Shown piece by piece: positions 11,901 through 22,800 of a DNA stretch of 64,000 nt. The translations under genes were made by a program, and so were the position numbers. Origin of the DNA: Eledone cirrhosa (taxonomy: Eukaryota). Location: assembly GCA_964016885.1 (NCBI GenBank), contig OZ024741.1:253890001-253954000 (forward strand), in the 5' to 3' direction. Numbering within the stretch: the stretch's first letter is position 1; each line of letters starts with the position of its first letter. Under the pieces are notes generated by a model, which was given only the letters and a program-made list of their open reading frames with translations, had not been told where the DNA came from and did no database searches.

Positions 11901-12577
11901 ATATTCTCGGTGGCAGGTTTAATAATGGTACCCAACAGTGTGCGCACGATTTTTGGAAGCACATTTATCAGTTGTTCTCTAAAAAAATTAAACAACTATT
12001 CACCTTTGAGGAAAATACTTGGCTCAGCTGCACTAGAAAACACGAGCACAATTGCCCCAGATTGCACAATGATGAATGTTATTGTGCATCGATCAACGGC
12101 TGTGGCACTTGCACACATATAACTGATGTCAAGTCTGATCTGACGTTGCAGCCTGTTAATGGTCGGCAGCAATTCAAAAGCTTGCTCAAAACTGATGTTT
12201 CGCTCATTAAGAGATGCGATCTGTGTGGCATTGACACCGAGCACTTTGGTACAGTTAACCATGTATTTCCAAACACAATGCGTTACTTGGTTGTTTATTT
12301 GAATAGATTCGAATATACAAACAATCAGATGATCAGAATTGATTCTGAGTTGATGAATTTCTCTCCGAACAAGCAGAGCATTTACGGCCAAAAATTCCGA
12401 CTAATCGGCTCCGTCTTGCATTCACTGGCTAGTGCAGACTCCGGGCACTACACCAGCATCGTCCGCAATCAGGACAGATGGGACATTATTAACGATGCCG
12501 TTTTTTCCAAGCAGTATATAGGTTTCCCGTCGAAACTGCTTAACAACTACCTGTTGTTTTTAGAAAAGTTGAATTGA
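5903..12577 (+). CDS. Helitron Rep-helicase transposase with C-terminal USP (peptidase C19) deubiquitinase-like domain, ~2,224 aa, intronless
   Basis: HUH Rep motifs HLFLTLSCAE, EYQMRGAPHVH (~8790-8825) and YVTSYQTK (9254). Pif1 helicase motifs GVGGTGKS (10223), APTGMAA, IIDEISMV, FGDLLQLPPV, LTVNMRQ, IHKSQG, YVALSR. USP Cys box SLINERNACFVNSTMQ (Cys codon 11759), QQCAHDF, His box HSLASADSGHY...WDIIND (His 12446, Asp 12494). First ATG at 5903; the ORF track starts at GTG 5900. Confidence 0.93.
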   Translation: MYLASESRPVTDFGVPTADVNEQRCTCELGLDVAGSSYTYNDAVPQACSHSCANNLDGHIKLDVKAAYRMRNREKLRQKQAKYRCSKRYELANKQAKYRSANSAIISQKQAERRASKRTELAKEQTKYRSANQDKVLQTKAMYKIHHKDNIQSYEKTYYKKKFLHKRSLYQMKKLNKMVDFRMQHQILMSQFVKSYKKTITDTNLRNDAYSHVLSVFSRSVGMRNFVCAQLKINVKAVHTLMEKINANGLLHYWGNQHYHSSTNELPNFDKSTAKYMKMDEFKNQSVEKVRIVVINNKETDNIVNDMANADEQNDDNDVSKCLVRPCGSSILDTCPNDSATRLTLCQRIDDKLPKLNPDMTVAEIRQLIEKYEFCNVTHDNDQHCIGQTGCTSEFGFLKSIAVHSPKLRTLLRKIYKVRSLCIWLNKYNEAVFNGDWTNFENLTDVANIERAIAVKFNNMCTGFNDVEHTDADVIHKYGNQVQRFQSEITNYKIQHCHICKLRKYSKELKVWDNWNSRYFKTAVAKDAITANYSLPCTVCTTCTTHLRNSGVPSMASINGLGVAAVPKELADLNTYERILVQRAKCFVNVIKLVPYSFKGNISACISAIKGIAIHLPLPMDGTINRTMDTLPALQDDMLKIVVDSLPSRKQIIWRSMVDMSKVLKALDWLAANNVMYADVKINRYADTENENIVECSGVNNAKFDNLLLKSNAGITYEHHTVKDMNPCLPADTDLALYKMKRVEGDFIADNDKKLELLCFPCLYPTGQFGIFVDNRPFGAVKPYMFIRNRLNHSDSRFRRDIQYLMFCLDKADKRGIDSGIYAIMKTTKNSRMTISEFRRRLHENDRHLEGNLNMMMANVRGSKQFWSRKCSDLMAMDEKFGPAHLFLTLSCAEYFWPDLREFLEKLNAGIPDISRKRTNELCADDVVAVSEHFHHRFTTFMKEVVKHTNSPFGIVEHFFWRLEYQMRGAPHVHMKLWIKDGPIMDRDDKYAIQTFIQSMITCRMPSNVESPVLSDLVLRFQRHVCSGSCKRQIFSSGRFYTRCRFGFPRPIGNFNLLSVNECIKSRHKGRAVKKLYKLDRRQGEECINDYNPVVLYVWKANVDIQYIGEDSMILNRYVTSYQTKSEKTETEGIWAEIDKSKSIYSRYKSVGLKLMGKRDTGAYEAADKLLGHHFYGCSESLIWIGADLPSYRSHRFRPQYELDKLKPYSTDLYYENMVENWYPNRPDSMEHMCLYELASKYEHVNPIGNSNFDDDFRLRNNLGYFKSVKERIVKSPNIRLTADTCERYHHNLLILFKPWRDEEKDLLGGCETYKESFEQCANHLSEMVRFQNVRKRLENALEQAKHIQNEPQSHDNDDHSCGDHMEALAVDDANVDLPCMRDVNEDALRHKENKLNEVQRKIYDDIVAGIDKQDKHWDNSKPYPRCSCDDCPQVLKFVSGVGGTGKSFLINVLADKIQYMYPNDNGPSVVISAPTGMAAFQLNGMTVHRMLKLKVQHGKTPVYDDLPKDFLKMLRMGLQYVRLIIIDEISMVSHLQLAFIHLRLCQLFCDFAQGISPFGRMNIVVFGDLLQLPPVREKPVFNKVTHQDAQRSCIGVSSHHLWRYFKYDELTVNMRQKEDLDNYVDMLGRIRLGSPLDSDIEILNKHRIDLNGKASIDQVAYKMCELIQTSNLSIVCIMPLNESVEKFNAAMLNKLGINTVELMAIDSNMRQTKCQKKTIRKKLTTKKTSDTAGLETVLKVGVNARVMLKRNIDLEKGLCNGAMGTVKQLNYEFGKITSIDVLFESTNQIVAIKRVKADYELSPSVFITREQYPLCIAYAISIHKSQGISVDGVVVDLGTGVFADGMAYVALSRARKLCNVYLIDLDPTSLIMCDSSAWREYNYLRETINMGPLPLCNVRPNSIGQAKKATKKSKFAINIDSGMVNLANPKKARTEKTVAKPYISLINERNACFVNSTMQVIRQLVLLVEHIQSTDDVAIREISDIISSSGTKSVANLRNILGGRFNNGTQQCAHDFWKHIYQLFSKKIKQLFTFEENTWLSCTRKHEHNCPRLHNDECYCASINGCGTCTHITDVKSDLTLQPVNGRQQFKSLLKTDVSLIKRCDLCGIDTEHFGTVNHVFPNTMRYLVVYLNRFEYTNNQMIRIDSELMNFSPNKQSIYGQKFRLIGSVLHSLASADSGHYTSIVRNQDRWDIINDAVFSKQYIGFPSKLLNNYLLFLEKLN

Positions 12578-14070
12578 ACTTTCACCGCCAATGTACAGCA
12601 GCAAGCATTTTTTGAAAAATTTGCTTGATCCTAAGAAAAAGTAACAGAGGTTGAGAGATGTCTTGTTATCTCTAACTATTGCTTTGTTTCTATTTCTTTA
12701 GGGCATTTCTGAATTTATTAGAATATGAATCCAGTCCCACCATTGAGATATATTATCTTCATGGTGAATGTCTGCTGTTTTTTTTACCCTCGGGAAATTG
12801 TGAAATTGGTTTGCAGCTACTATGGCCTTTTGAGATATAATATTGAAAACACATTTCACTCAACCATATTCGTGTGACCATTTTGTCACTGAACTATACT
12901 CTCCGTATGATATCAATTTTTATGTATTATAATTTTATCAATATTTTATCTTAAATTAAGCATATTTTTATCTATTATTATCTAATTTTATAAATCTTTT
13001 ATTTTTTATCCATTATATCAACTACTTTCAATGTTGTATTATATTTTAAATTCCAATGTATTAATTTTTGTACCAGAAACTCTCTAGCGCTTTAGCATTT
13101 AAAGAGACCATATCCGACCATAATTCTCTCGCCTCTTTCTATTCAAACTGGCCATAATTAGCCACTCATACTGATAGTAAGGTATTTTTCTCAAAACAAA
13201 TAACATAAAACTCTCGTAGATTCAATATTATATGAGATAATTATATAAGGTAAAGCCTTTTATGTGAAAATACATACACTATTTTTGTGCCTTTTTTAGC
13301 AACACAAAAATCCTCTAATACTTTGGATTAATATGGCTGACTAAAATTATATATCTGCACATTGTGTGGTGTCAACTATATTTTGTTTTGTATTTTATGC
13401 TTTCTTTAAAAATTTTTTTTTTAGTCTTATATTTTAAAAATATATTAAAATAAATTATAACGTTTTTTATTTACATATCTTTATAATGCACCTTCCAATA
13501 TTGATTGTAACCTTTATTTACTTTTATATGAATGATCTAGTTAATAGTTACTTGTCCATTTGCCAATATAATATGCTTTTGTAAAAGTAATTATTAACTA
13601 TTATATATTAAATTACAAGATTTATTTATATAACATGCTTATAATATTGGTTGTATCATATTTACTTGTATATTTGTCTATATTGTTTGTTTTGTGTTAA
13701 ATTATTTTATTATTATTATGTTGGATTATTTTTTTAATTATTATGTTAAACTATTTGTATGTAATATTTAATTTTTTTATTAATTCAACTATAATAATCG
13801 ACATATGAAATTTAAATCAACAATAGGAGAAAAAAAAATATCTTATTGCACAAACAATAATTCTGCACAAATTTTGCTCCATTATTAGATCTAATGTTGC
13901 AACGATGCAGTTAAATGTTGTCTGTGTATTTTAAAAAAGATTTGCTTATAATCTTTTCAAATTTCATTACGCCAATGATTCAAGCTCAAATTGACATTAT
14001 CTAAAAAATTGTACAAACAGCGGTGGATTAGCAGTAGTGAACAGATAAATCAGTCAATTTATTAAGATTG

Positions 14071-14725
14071 ACTTGGCATCAATCAGCAAGACCTTCATTA
14101 GCTGCTCTCCAGCCATCTATTTAAAGCTGTATACATCTATGGTACGAATACACTTGGAGTTCGCGTCATCAGTCTGGAACCCCTATCTTGCTCAGAACAT
14201 TGACCTCCTGGAAACTGTTCAGAGACATGCAACCAAGCGCATACCCTCCATCAGACACCTACCATACCCTGAATATTTTGCTTCCCTCTGGCAATGGACT
14301 TGGTAAACACCCACAAAGTTATTAACCATCCGACCAACAACAACCCCGAACACCTTTTTGATCTCCATGTGTCTAACACGTGGACATGCCTACAAAGTCA
14401 GAAAACAACACAGCTCCCATGACTTTAGGAAATATTTCTTCATGCTCAGAGTTGCTGAAGGATGGAACAAACTTCCTGCATCAGTTGTTAGCTGATGACA
14501 CACTGCATCCTTTAAAACCATCATACATTCCGAAATACACCAAAACTACACCTGATGTCCCCCTTCCATACACATGCACATATGTGTATATCATGACTCA
14601 TGCACTGTTCTTTTTTCCTGACGTTTTTATATTACCCTATGTATTATATATGCACTTTTGATGAGTTGTAGTGCACCTCAGCATTGTACACAATATTTTC
14701 ATTATTATTATCATTATTATTATTA
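14071..14725 (+). mobile_element. Decayed 3' fragment of a CR1/L2-group LINE inside the Helitron
   Basis: Translation KLYTSMVRIHLEFASSVWNPYLAQNIDLLETVQRHATK is typical of the CR1-group post-RT region. Frameshifted, and ends in an (ATT)n tail at 14701-14725. Confidence 0.8.
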
Positions 14726-15178
14726 CACTCATTGATCCATTTTGCACTAACTCTGCATCAAGCACCCTCACCTAAATATTAACCAATCAAGGATCCAATA
14801 CAGCTATCTGTTGGATGAGTATTGTATAGTGCCAAAAACGAAACCAATCAGTTTAGCAGAAAGTTTCCAGACAAGAAACACGCATATTTTGCTATCCTCA
14901 AACACGTTTACACATGGCATGAAATATAACTAATCCGAGATAGCTAGGTTTCATCTTCTAACTGGATATACGAAATCCATTATGTCTTGACAACAACATG
15001 AGGTAACATTATGTTATTCACAGACACACTTTGTACACTGTTCCATATCAGAATGTATTTCCTTCGTCACATTCACAAACAGTATTGAAAATATGTTCTT
15101 CGGCAAATAAAAATGTTTTGTTCATAATATGTCAACTAGCGATTGCTCTACTCCACGCACGACCACCATAAATTAATG

Positions 15179-15362
15179 ACCAGCTCAACACAAGTTTTGG
15201 TAGAGCGTCATACACCATGCTTTGCAGTATTGTTATGGTCCTTTGCATTCTAAGTTCAAATCCTGCCGAGGTTAACTTCGACTTTCATACTTACTAATTC
15301 GATAAAATAAAGTACCAGTAATGGACTGCCGTAATGGATTTGTGCCGAAAAATAGAAACACT
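15179..15362 (+). mobile_element. tRNA-derived SINE copy inside the Helitron
   Basis: B-box GTTCAAATCC at 15254-15263, then GCCGAGGTTAACTTCGACTTTCAT...GATAAAATAAAGTACCAGT. Collinear with the reverse complement of 29322-29500. Possible 7-bp TSD ATTAATG (15172, 15363). Confidence 0.75.
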
Positions 15363-15917
15363 ATTAATGTGCAATAAGAGCAAAATATAACGACATTGCT
15401 CAATTATTTTATCTAATGTTGTAATAACACAAGGAAATGTTGTTTGTGTATTTTTTTTTATATTTGCTCATAGGCTTTTACAATTTCGCTCAGCCAACAA
15501 CTATTAAAAAGTGAGTTGCTTAAGATAACAATTTAATCACAAATTGTTGCTATCTTTTAATACACTCCAACAAGTCATCAAATTATGTACAATAAAAACA
15601 AATCTTATTAATTTGCTCAGGGAATATAAAGAAAATGTATATACACTGATAATTGCAATTGTATGTAAATATTTTGTTTTTGTATTGTTTATTTTATGTT
15701 TTCTATTATGTATAATATATTGATTTAATATTGATTGTTTTTTGTAGTTGTTTATATTAAAAGTCTGAAAATATTTTTATACATCTTACACTAATATTTA
15801 TAAGATAATTTAGAATAACAATTACATAATCTAATTACATTACAACGATAATTTATTATTAATATATATCCTGTTTAACTAGAGTTATTACAAGCGTTGC
15901 CTTAAAAAAATATTAAA

Positions 15918-16872
15918 CTAGACATGAAAAATGCGCAAGCTCAAAAGTGCCACAGAATGTTATAATAAACCTTCAAAAGTGTGGGACTAGAGTTGTTGCT
16001 AAAAAATATTGTAATCATTATATATCGTACATTCTGTGGCATCCTTTATAAAAATAGCTTAAACCAACGAAGCCTTTATTTTTACGCTATTTCACTTAGT
16101 TAATTCTTAGAGTGTAACATATAAAAATAAATACATCTATGTTTAATGTAATAACAGCTATAAATAATTACGTAATATTATTATCATATACTCATAGTAA
16201 CAAAATAATTGTGTTGAAACTTAATATGATGCTTATATGAACGATCAAATCTATAATGATAATTTCTTAAATATACTAATAGTAAAATAATTTAGTTATC
16301 TATTGTTACATTTTCATAGAACTATAATTTTAACAATCGTATTGCATTATCAAATTTTTATCACTACAAACTTTCATATTGGAATTACCTTAAGCCACTT
16401 ATTATTACTTCGCTTTCGTACTTTTACAGCTGTAGATATTGCGCTGTATCTTATATCTAATATCAATATCTCATGGTAATTTGCATGAAGTGTAAAATAG
16501 GTTTATTAATAACTTTAATATGAAATGTATTATACAGGGCTGCAGAGTCGGCCAAAAATTGACTGGCTCCAACTCAGGATCCGATACTCCATTATTTCCT
16601 AAATTTCAGCTCCGCAGCTCTGTTATTATATTAATTAATTTATTTTATAGTTGTAAATCATATTTTTATATGTTACACTCTAAGAATTAACTAAGTGAAA
16701 TAGCGTAAAAATAAAGGCTTCGTTGGTTTAAGCTATTTTTATAAAGGATGCCACAGAATGTACGATATATAATGATTACAATATTTTTTAGCAACAACTC
16801 TAGCCCCACACTTTTGAAGGTTTATTATAACATTCTGTGGCACTTTTGAGCTTGCGCATTTTTCATGTCTAG
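15918..16872. repeat. 212-bp inverted repeat (arms 15918-16129 and 16661-16872, 531-bp spacer) forming the element's 3' end
   Basis: The arms are reverse complements with one mismatch that I could see (GTGGGACTAG vs CTAGCCCCAC). Both outer ends are CTAG. Confidence 0.95.
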
Positions 16873-19800
16873 TATACCTGTTGGTGTATGTGTGACATTA
16901 AGACTGTATATATACCTGTTGGTGTATGTGTGACATTAAGACTGTATATATACCTGTTGGTGTATGTGTGACATTAAGACTGTATATATACCTGTTGGTG
17001 TATGTGTGATATTAAGACTGTATATATACCTGCTGGTGTATGTGTGACATTATGACTGTGTATATACCTGTTGGTGTATGTGTGATATTAAGACTGTATA
17101 TATACCTGTTGGTGTATGTGTGACATTAAGACTGTATATATACCTGTTGGTGTATGTGTGACATTATGACTGTGTATATACCTGTTGGTGTATGTGTGAC
17201 ATTATGATTGTGTATATACCTGTTGGTGTATGTGTGACATTAAGACTGTATATATACCTGTTGGTGTATGTGTGACATTAAGACTGTGTATACCTGTTGG
17301 TGTATGTGTGACAGTATGACTGTGTATATACCTGTTGGTGTATGTGTGACATTATGACTGTGTATATACCTGTTGGTGTATGTGTGACATTAAGACTGTA
17401 TATATACCTGTTGGTGTATGTGTGACATTAAGACTGTATATATACCTGTTGGTGTATGTGTGACATTAAGACTGTATATATACCTGTTGGTGTATGTGTG
17501 ACATTAAGACTGTATATATATCTGCTGGTGTATGTGTGACATTATGACTGTCTATATACCTGTTGGTGTATGTGTGATATTAAGACTGTATATATACCTG
17601 TTGGTGTATGTGTGACATTAAGACTGTATATATACCTGTTGGTGTATGTGTGACATTAAGACTGTATATATACCTGTTGGTGTATGTGTGACATTAAGAC
17701 TGTATATATACCTGTTGGTGTATGTGTGACATTAAGACGGTATATATACCTGTTGGTGTATGTGTGACTTTAAGACTGTATATATACCTGTTGGTGTATG
17801 TGTGACATTATGACTGTGTATATACCTGTTGGTGTATGTGTGACATTAAGACTGTATATATACCTGTTGGTGTATGTGTGACATTAAGTCTGTATATATA
17901 CCTGTTGGTGTATGTGTGACATTAAGACTGTATATATACCTGTTGGTGTATGTGTGACATTATGACTGTGTATATACCTGTTGGTGTATGTGTGACATTA
18001 AGACTATATATATACCTGTTGGTGTATGTGTGACATTATGACTGTGTATATACCTGTTGGTGTATGTGTGACATTAAGACTGTATATATACCTGTTGGTG
18101 TATGTGTGACATTAAGACTGTATATATACCTGTTGGTGTATGTGTGACATTAAGACTGTGTATATACCTGTTGGTGTATGTGTGACATTATGACTGTATA
18201 TATACCTGTTGGTGTATGTATGACATTAAGACTGTATATATACCTGTTGGTGTGTGTGTGACATTAAGACTCTGTATATTCCTGTTGGTCTATGTGTCAA
18301 ATTATGACTGTATATATACCTGTTGGTGTATGTGTGACATTAAGACTGTATATATAGCTGTTGGTGTATGTGTGACATTATGATATATATATACCTGTTG
18401 GTGTATGTGTGACATTAAGACTGTATATATACCTGTTGGTGTATGTGTGATATTAAGACTGTATATATACCTGTTGGTGTATGTGTGACATTATGACTGT
18501 GTATATACCTGTTGGAGTATGTGTGACATTAAGACTGTATACCTGTTGGTGTATGTGTGACATTAAGACTGTGTATATACCTGTTGGTGTATGTGTGACA
18601 TTAAGACTGTATATATACCTGTTGGTGTATGTGTGACATTAAGACTGTGTATACCTGTTGGTGTATGTGTGACAGTATGACTGTGTATATACCTGTTGGT
18701 GTATGTGTGACATTATGACTGTGTATATACCTGTTGGTGTATGTGTGACATTAAGACTGTATATATACCTGTTGGTGTATGTGTGACATTAAGACTGTAT
18801 ATATACCTGTTGGTGTATGTGTGACATTAAGACAGTATATATACCTGTTGGTGTATGTGTGACATTAAGACTGTATATATACCTGCTGGTGTATGTGTGA
18901 CATTATGACTGTGTATATACCTGTTGGTGTATGTGTGATATTAAGACTGTGTGTGAGTATACCTGTTGGTGTATGTGTGACATTAAGACTGTATATATAC
19001 CTGTTGGTGTATGTGTGACATTAAGACTGTATATATACCTGTTGGTGTATGTGTGACATTAAGACTGTATATATACCTGTTGGTGTATGTGTGACATTAA
19101 GACTGTATATATACCTGTTGGTGTATGTGTGACATTAAGACTGTATATATACCTGTTGGTGTATGTGTGACATTATGAGTGTGTATATACCTGTTGGTGT
19201 ATGTGTGACATTAAGACTGTATATATACCTGTTGGTGTATGTGTGACATTAAGACTGTGTATATACCTGTTGGTGTATGTGTGACATTATGACTGTATAT
19301 ATACCTGTTGGTTTATGTGTGACATTAAGACTGTGTATATACCTGTTGGTGTATGTGTGACATTAAGACTGTGTATATACCTGTTGGTGTATGTGTGACA
19401 TTAAGACTGTATATATACCTGTTGGTGTATGTGTGACATTATGACTGTATATATACCTGTTGGTGTATGTGTGACATTAAGACTGTATACCTGTTGGTGT
19501 ATGTGTGACATTAAGACTGTGTGTGTATATACCTGTTGGTGTATGTGTGACATTAAGACTGTATATATACCTGTTGGTGTATGTGTGACATTAAGACTGC
19601 ATATATACCTGTTGGTGTATGTGTGACATTAAGACTGTGTATATACCTGTTGGTGTATGTGTGACATTATGACTGTATATATACCTGTTGGTATATGTGT
19701 GACATTAAGACTGTATATATACCTGTTGGTGTGTGTGTGACATTATGACTGTATATATACCTGTTGGTGTATGTGTGACATTAAGACTGTATATATACCT

Positions 19801-22800
19801 GTTGGTGTATGTGTGACATTAAGACTGTATATATACCTGTTGGTGTATGTGTGACATTAAGACTGTATATATACCTGTTGGTGTATGTGTGACATTATGA
19901 CTGTATATATACCTGTTGGTGTATGTGTGACATTATGACTGTATACCTGTTGGTGTATGTGTGACATTATGACTGTATATATACCTGTTGGTGTATGTGT
20001 GACATTAAGACTGTATATATACCTGTTGGTGTATGTGTGACATTATGACTGTGTATATACCTGTTGGTGTATGTGTGACATTAAGACTGTGTATATACCT
20101 GTTGGTGTATGTGTGACATTATGACTGTATATATACCTGTTGGTGTATGTGTGACATTAAGACTGTGTACCTGTTGGTGTATGTGTGACATTAAGACTGT
20201 GTATATACCTGTTGGTGTATGTGTGACATTAAGACTGTATATATACCTGTTGGTGTATGTGTGACATTATGACTGTGTATATACCTGTTGGTGTATGTGT
20301 GACATTATGACTGTGTATACACCTGTTGGTGTATGTGTGACATTATGACTGTATATATACCTGTTGGTGTATGTGTGACATTAAGACTGTATATATACCT
20401 GTTGGTGTATGTGTGATATTAAGACTGTATATATACCTGCTGGTGTATGTGTGACATTATGACTGTGTATATACCTGTTGGTGTATGTGTGATATTAAGA
20501 CTGTATATATACCTGTTGGTGTATGTGTGACATTAAGACTGTATATATACCTGTTGGTGTATGTGTGACATTATGACTGTGTATATACCTGTTGGTGTAT
20601 GTGTGACATTATGATTGTGTATATACCTGTTGGTGTATGTGTGACATTAAGACTGTATATATACCTGTTGGTGTATGTGTGACATTAAGACTGTGTATAC
20701 CTGTTGGTGTATGTGTGACAGTATGACTGTGTATATACCTGTTGGTGTATGTGTGACATTATGACTGTGTATATACCTGTTGGTGTATGTGTGACATTAA
20801 GACTGTATATATACCTGTTGGTGTATGTGTGACATTAAGACTGTATATATACCTGTTGGTGTATGTGTGACATTAAGACTGTATATATACCTGTTGGTGT
20901 ATGTGTGACATTAAGACTGTATATATATCTGCTGGTGTATGTGTGACATTATGACTGTCTATATACCTGTTGGTGTATGTGTGATATTAAGACTGTATAT
21001 ATACCTGTTGGTGTATGTGTGACATTAAGACTGTATATATACCTGTTGGTGTATGTGTGACATTAAGACTGTATATATACCTGTTGGTGTATGTGTGACA
21101 TTAAGACTGTATATATACCTGTTGGTGTATGTGTGACATTAAGACGGTATATATACCTGTTGGTGTATGTGTGACTTTAAGACTGTATATATACCTGTTG
21201 GTGTATGTGTGACATTATGACTGTGTATATACCTGTTGGTGTATGTGTGACATTAAGACTGTATATATACCTGTTGGTGTATGTGTGACATTAAGTCTGT
21301 ATATATACCTGTTGGTGTATGTGTGACATTAAGACTGTATATATACCTGTTGGTGTATGTGTGACATTATGACTGTGTATATACCTGTTGGTGTATGTGT
21401 GACATTAAGACTATATATATACCTGTTGGTGTATGTGTGACATTATGACTGTGTATATACCTGTTGGTGTATGTGTGACATTAAGACTGTATATATACCT
21501 GTTGGTGTATGTGTGACATTAAGACTGTATATATACCTGTTGGTGTATGTGTGACATTAAGACTGTGTATATACCTGTTGGTGTATGTGTGACATTATGA
21601 CTGTATATATACCTGTTGGTGTATGTATGACATTAAGACTGTATATATACCTGTTGGTGTGTGTGTGACATTAAGACTCTGTATATTCCTGTTGGTCTAT
21701 GTGTCAAATTATGACTGTATATATACCTGTTGGTGTATGTGTGACATTAAGACTGTATATATAGCTGTTGGTGTATGTGTGACATTATGATATATATATA
21801 CCTGTTGGTGTATGTGTGACATTAAGACTGTATATATACCTGTTGGTGTATGTGTGATATTAAGACTGTATATATACCTGTTGGTGTATGTGTGACATTA
21901 TGACTGTGTATATACCTGTTGGAGTATGTGTGACATTAAGACTGTATACCTGTTGGTGTATGTGTGACATTAAGACTGTGTATATACCTGTTGGTGTATG
22001 TGTGACATTAAGACTGTATATATACCTGTTGGTGTATGTGTGACATTAAGACTGTGTATACCTGTTGGTGTATGTGTGACAGTATGACTGTGTATATACC
22101 TGTTGGTGTATGTGTGACATTATGACTGTGTATATACCTGTTGGTGTATGTGTGACATTAAGACTGTATATATAGCTGTTGGTGTATGTGTGACATTAAG
22201 ACTGTATATATACCTGTTGGTGTATGTGTGACATTAAGACAGTATATATACCTGTTGGTGTATGTGTGACATTAAGACTGTATATATACCTGCTGGTGTA
22301 TGTGTGACATTATGACTGTGTATATACCTGTTGGTGTATGTGTGATATTAAGACTGTGTGTGAGTATACCTGTTGGTGTATGTGTGACATTAAGACTGTA
22401 TATATACCTGTTGGTGTATGTGTGACATTAAGACTGTATATATACCTGTTGGTGTATGTGTGACATTAAGACTGTATATATACCTGTTGGTGTATGTGTG
22501 ACATTAAGACTGTATATATACCTGTTGGTGTATGTGTGACATTAAGACTGTATATATACCTGTTGGTGTATGTGTGACATTATGAGTGTGTATATACCTG
22601 TTGGTGTATGTGTGACATTAAGACTGTATATATACCTGTTGGTGTATGTGTGACATTAAGACTGTGTATATACCTGTTGGTGTATGTGTGACATTATGAC
22701 TGTATATATACCTGTTGGTTTATGTGTGACATTAAGACTGTGTATATACCTGTTGGTGTATGTGTGACATTAAGACTGTGTATATACCTGTTGGTGTATG

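Larger units (their letters stand above)
4021..16872 (+). mobile_element. Helitron-superfamily rolling-circle transposon (Helentron/Helitron2-like transposase), 12,852 bp, probably autonomous
   Basis: Starts TC (4021) after A and ends CTAG (16869-16872) before T. Removing it rebuilds an exact satellite unit (AGACTGTATA|TATACCTGTTGG) with no TSD. Encodes a Rep-helicase ORF. Confidence 0.88.

Noticed and set aside
5903-12577. Host PIF1 or USP gene, or an endogenous virus gene
   Set aside because: Intronless, fused to an HUH Rep domain, bounded by Helitron termini, and with no capsid or other viral genes nearby.
12641-12701. GT..AG intron-like segment downstream of the transposase stop
   Set aside because: It has a polypyrimidine tract and AG but no recognisable flanking coding exons, so it cannot be supported without transcripts.
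3818-17100. ~200-bp identity between 3818-4020 and 16898-17100 as a long target-site duplication of the Helitron
   Set aside because: The same variant block occurs elsewhere in the satellite (~2120, ~3170, ~20415), and the first unit after the element does not match. It is better explained by higher-order satellite structure.
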